A DNA stretch of 64,000 nt from Candidatus Cloacimonadota bacterium (lineage in GTDB: Bacteria > Cloacimonadota > Cloacimonadia > JGIOTU-2): assembly GCA_049903315.1 (NCBI GenBank), contig JBNGBT010000001.1, forward strand, positions 421,652 to 485,651. Direction: 5' to 3'. Position numbers and translations under genes: made by a program. Numbering within the stretch: position 1 is the first letter of the stretch; every line of letters starts with the position of its first letter. Shown here piece after piece: positions 61,065-64,000 of this stretch. The notes under the pieces were generated by a model. The model was given only the letters and a program-made list of their open reading frames with translations, did no database searches and was not told the origin of the DNA.

Positions 61065-61134
61065 ACCTCACCTAAATCCTCTCCTAAAAGGAGAGGAAAC
61101 TCCTTCTCCTGATAGGAGAAGGTTGGGATGAGGT
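61065..61134. repeat. Cruciform REP-like element
   Basis: Outer arms ACCTCA/TGAGGT enclose two hairpins, CCTCTCCT-aaa-AGGAGAGG and CCTTCTCCT-gat-AGGAGAAGG. Confidence 0.7.
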
Positions 61135-61404
61135 AAACAAACAGACCAAATCCTGAATTCGCCAGCGTTTACTCCGTCTTTTGATGGTTGCGGAACAGGC
61201 AAAAAAACTGCGGAACCAAACCGTTGGCATTTGCGTGGTTGTTAATTTTTACATTATCGTGTTTAATTTTATTTCTTTCACCCATCTCAATATACATAAT
61301 CAATCCAATCCTGTAGTAATTTATGAAAACTTTGTTGCGTTAAATATTACCGTCAAGAAAAAAAATAGGAGTAGTGTTTGAAGATAGCACATTGGGGAAT
61401 TTCT

Positions 61405-61501
61405 GGTTACTAAGTTGGACTTAGTAACCTTTATCAATTGCGTCCCCAAGTGCAACTTGGGAACGAGTGAAGAATGAAAGTGCAACTTGGGAACGAGTGA
61501 A
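61405..61501 (+). repeat. REP-like dyad, copy 1, with a tandem duplication of its right half
   Basis: GGTTACTAAGT-tgg-ACTTAGTAACC, spacer, then CGTCCCCAAGTGCAACTTGGGAACG; the 24-mer AAGTGCAACTTGGGAACGAGTGAA occurs at 61448 and 61478. Confidence 0.8.
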
Positions 61502-61535
61502 CTGGTGATAAAAGTACTGGATGTCTCTCATCTTC

Positions 61536-62036
61536 TTAAATTCGTTTTATGTATCGAACAGCTCTCAGGTTATGAAGGCGTTCCAATATCTTTGTTCTAC
61601 CCTCAACCACATATCCGATCTTTTCATAAAAATTTCGCGCATCGTCATTATCTTTCAGAACCCATAAAACTATCTCCTTCTTGTTCATTGAGCGTAAAAT
61701 ATTTTCGGCAAAAGCAGTTATTTTGCTCCCATAACCCATTCTCCAATGATCCGGAGAAATGTACACACCCCAGATCTCACCGGTATTTTCATCCCTGTCG
61801 TCATCCCGGCAATTCCCGAATGTGGTAAATCCTATAACACTCTCATTTTCTTCAATAAGATATGTTTTCCCTAATTTTATTTCAAACGATTTCTCAAAAG
61901 CTGCAGCCCTTCTTGTCTCATCCAAATTATTTAGAATAGAATTAGAAACAATACCTCGGTACGCACATTTCCAGCTTGCGATATGGAGGTGTGCCAACTG
62001 CTGAGCATCTTTAATTTCTGCCTTACGAATATTCAT
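61536..62036 (-). CDS. GNAT family N-acetyltransferase
   Basis: GEIWGVYISPDHWRMGYG, LWVLKDN..ARNFYEK.G. Confidence 0.9.
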   Translation of the reverse strand: MNIRKAEIKDAQQLAHLHIASWKCAYRGIVSNSILNNLDETRRAAAFEKSFEIKLGKTYLIEENESVIGFTTFGNCRDDDRDENTGEIWGVYISPDHWRMGYGSKITAFAENILRSMNKKEIVLWVLKDNDDARNFYEKIGYVVEGRTKILERLHNLRAVRYIKRI

Positions 62037-62074
62037 TTCTTCCTCACTTATGTTCAGTAAGGTGTCCTCGTGTC

Positions 62075-62611
62075 CTAGGATTCCTTTTGATCATCTAACA
62101 CGATTCCATAGGCATAGCAGTCAAACCATAGGGGATTCCCGAATTCGTCTTTTCTGAAAAATCCTTTTTTCTTAAAATATCCTTCACGTTTCATGCCTAT
62201 CTTTTCAAGCACTTTCCATGAGGGAATATTAATGGGATTGCAATACGCAACGACCCTGTGCACCCCCAATGCTTTGCGCGCATATTCAATAATTCTTTTT
62301 GCAGATTCTGTGCAATAGCCCTTATTCTGGTATGCGGGATTAAAGATAAATCCCATCTCCCATGTGAGGAATTCTTTCGGTTCTTCCTGAGCGAAATATA
62401 TATGCCCGATTAATTTGCATCCGTTTTTCAGGACAACTGCAAAAAATTCGTTGCCTTGCGCTCGTTCAGAGGTGATTTTCTGTGCTTCCTCTTTCGTGAC
62501 CGGTTCGCCGGGTTCGAATGTATAAATTTCCTGCAAAGAAAGATATTCAAACAGGTTTTGCCAATCATCTTTCCTGAATTTTCTTAAAAACAATCTTTCT
62601 GTTTCTATCAT
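62075..62611 (-). CDS. GNAT N-acetyltransferase, RimJ/RimL type (start MIETERL at 62611)
   Basis: IETERLFLR, YQNKGYCTE, N.PSWKVLEKIGM..EG; ATGA overlap with the upstream GNAT. Confidence 0.9.
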   Translation of the reverse strand: MIETERLFLRKFRKDDWQNLFEYLSLQEIYTFEPGEPVTKEEAQKITSERAQGNEFFAVVLKNGCKLIGHIYFAQEEPKEFLTWEMGFIFNPAYQNKGYCTESAKRIIEYARKALGVHRVVAYCNPINIPSWKVLEKIGMKREGYFKKKGFFRKDEFGNPLWFDCYAYGIVLDDQKES

Positions 62612-63117
62612 TTTTCCAAATCCTTTGTAAAGCATAGTATGAGATCATCATCCATGGTGATTGTATCTCCACGGTTGACAAATTCTTCATTGTGACTGAT
62701 GCCGTGACCATCCGGGATATATCCTCTTTTTACATATAATTTTTGTGCGCTTCCATAATCCCGGGTAAGCCCAACACCGATCCCTGCAATGACGGATTTC
62801 TTTGAAATAAGTGCTTCGGCAGAGTCCATGAGTTTTGTCCCGATGCCCTTTCTCTGAAATTTTTGCAGGACATTTAGATCCATGATTTCAGGAATCGACC
62901 TCTTTTTAAAATAGGGGTAATAGGAATCCCACATAATAGTAACATATCCTACGAATTTTCCATTTGCGAAGGCAAGTAAAACAGTTCTTTTCTCTTCTTG
63001 CTGTTCCCGGAGATAGCGCAGGTATTGTTCAGTGGACTTATCCCATCCCTGAGATTTGAATGCGTCAGAGATCATAGCACAATCTTCTTCTAGGAGTTTT
63101 CTTATCGTGATTTTCAT
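62608..63117 (-). CDS. GNAT family N-acetyltransferase
   Basis: PEIMDLNV..FQRKGIG, GIGVGL..DYGSAQKLYVKRGY.PDG. Confidence 0.9.
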   Translation of the reverse strand: MKITIRKLLEEDCAMISDAFKSQGWDKSTEQYLRYLREQQEEKRTVLLAFANGKFVGYVTIMWDSYYPYFKKRSIPEIMDLNVLQKFQRKGIGTKLMDSAEALISKKSVIAGIGVGLTRDYGSAQKLYVKRGYIPDGHGISHNEEFVNRGDTITMDDDLILCFTKDLEK

Positions 63118-63150
63118 GTATTAATTACCTTGCTTAGAAATTTACCGTCC

Positions 63151-63210
63151 GGTACTAAGTTGAACTTAGTAACTCATATTTTTGCGCCCCCAAATGCAAC
63201 CTGGGAACGA
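63151..63210 (+). repeat. REP-like dyad, copy 2
   Basis: GGTACTAAGTTGAACTTAGTAAC, spacer, TTGCGCCCCCAAATGCAACCTGGGAACGA; same order and orientation as 61405-61467. Confidence 0.8.
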
Positions 63211-63420
63211 AGAGAAAAAGATTTTCTTAAAAAACATAACATTTTGTATTGATTTTATGATAAATTAGTCAATTAATTTGGACAATTATGTGATATTTTA
63301 CATCACAAATTTTTTATACCTGGATTGTAAAATTTACCAACTAAATATTTTTTAAAATTGACAGAGATCAGGTCTTTTGGGTGTTTAACATAAGCATTAA
63401 TAAAGAAGAAGGAGAAGACC

Positions 63421-63861
63421 ATGGAACAAAATCGAGCGACTGAGTTAATGCAAAAAATGTACGTTTGAGCAGAATCTGTTCTCCTGGCCGTGTGCCAGGA
63501 ATTTGGGATGGAGTTAGAGAACGAAGCTATTCCGCTCATTGCCTTCGGTTTTGCTGGTGGGATAGGCAACACAGGTGCTGTGTGCGGGGCTGTTGCTGGT
63601 GCAGCAATGGCTATCAGTCTAAAGCTGGGAAGGGCTGGTTCGATGGAAGAAGGTTTCAAAACTTTTTCAGTTATACAGGAATTTCGACGTCGTTTTGAGG
63701 ATGAAATGGGAGAATTCACGTGCCGTGATCTTACAGGATTGGACCTGACCAAGAATGAAGTCGAGCAACTTATGAGTTCTGATATTCCCCAGACTGTCTG
63801 TTTTCCGGCAGTCGCTGCAGCATATAGGTTAGTTTTGGAATTGCTGAAAGAAAACACTTAG
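63421..63861 (+). CDS. C-GCAxxG-C-C family redox protein, selenocysteine form (TGA at 63466-63468 read as Sec)
   Basis: AAGGAG SD and ATG at 63421, then MEQNRATELMQKMYV-TGA-AESVLLAV in frame with GFAGG..VCGAVAG..TCRDL..VC. The TGA falls where the family has its first Cys (xCAESVL). Confidence 0.85.
63469..63505 (+). promoter_or_regulatory. Bacterial SECIS element (Sec insertion hairpin)
   Basis: Perfect 7-bp stem TCCTGGC (63482-88) / GCCAGGA (63494-500) with a G-containing 5-nt loop CGTGT, starting 14 nt after the UGA. Confidence 0.75.
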
Positions 63862-64000
63862 GTAGATATAAGGAGATATTTGAAACAGCTTCAGTTTATT
63901 GAAGATTTTTTTTAAATCATTAATTGTAAGATTTTCACGCGTTGTTTACACTTTTAGGGAAGAAATATGCTATTAATTTCTCCATTGGTGTTAACTCGTC

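Noticed and set aside
61448..61501. 24-nt direct repeat as a mini CRISPR array
   Set aside because: Only two copies, 6 nt apart, no cas genes; it is a local duplication of a REP half.
63289..63307. TGTGAT-N7-ATCACA as a CRP or Rex site
   Set aside because: Spacing does not fit TGTGA-N6-TCACA and the region is very AT-rich.
63466..63468. Genome-wide TGA reassignment, or a simple pseudogene
   Set aside because: TGA ends several ordinary genes here (e.g. 11074, 21435, 45919). Its position at the family Cys plus the hairpin favours Sec over a random nonsense mutation.
63303..63857. 184-aa minus-strand ORF and the many other short overlapping ORFs in the track (e.g. 134-328, 18743-19390, 39448-40059)
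   Set aside because: Antisense or off-frame shadows of well-supported genes, with no motifs of their own.
63880..63915. AAGGAG + TTG mini-ORF after the selenoprotein gene
   Set aside because: Only 11 codons; shifting frame at the T run also meets stops quickly; no recognisable product.
1..64000. tRNA, rRNA, IS transposase, integrase or prophage genes
   Set aside because: None recognised by eye in the intergenic regions or ORFs; tRNAscan-SE and Rfam scans would be needed to exclude divergent RNAs.

Overview
A 64 kb chromosomal window from an AT-rich, anaerobic, diderm bacterium. The fused lpxC-fabZ gene, several secreted proteins ending in a FlgD-Ig/T9SS-like C-terminal domain and a single-chain PFOR point to the FCB group, possibly Cloacimonadota (inference). 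The first ~45 kb is mostly core genes: 3' end of ispH, rpsA, lptD, a GH13 enzyme, lolC/E-lolD-tamB-like-bamA-skp-lpxD-lpxC/fabZ-lpxA-hup-dnaN, hflX, kdsD, argF, tsaC, envC-like and nifJ. Secreted CTD proteins and an uncharacterised 3-gene envelope operon (secreted protein, secreted FecR-domain protein, OM beta-barrel) are mixed in. The last ~19 kb is accessory: an RHH/PIN toxin-antitoxin pair with a coupled Zn-ribbon HEPN gene, a TPR histidine kinase next to a stand-alone Cache protein, a secreted nuclease, an Mre11/SbcD-like plus Cho/UvrC-like pair, and three GNATs bracketed by a repeated REP-like dyad. Two translation signals are missed by the ORF track: a C-GCAxxG-C-C family selenoprotein (in-frame TGA plus SECIS hairpin, 63421-63861) and a probable ATT start for hflX. 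I saw no rRNA, tRNA, CRISPR array, transposase or integrase. All calls come from reading motifs by eye; no database search was run.
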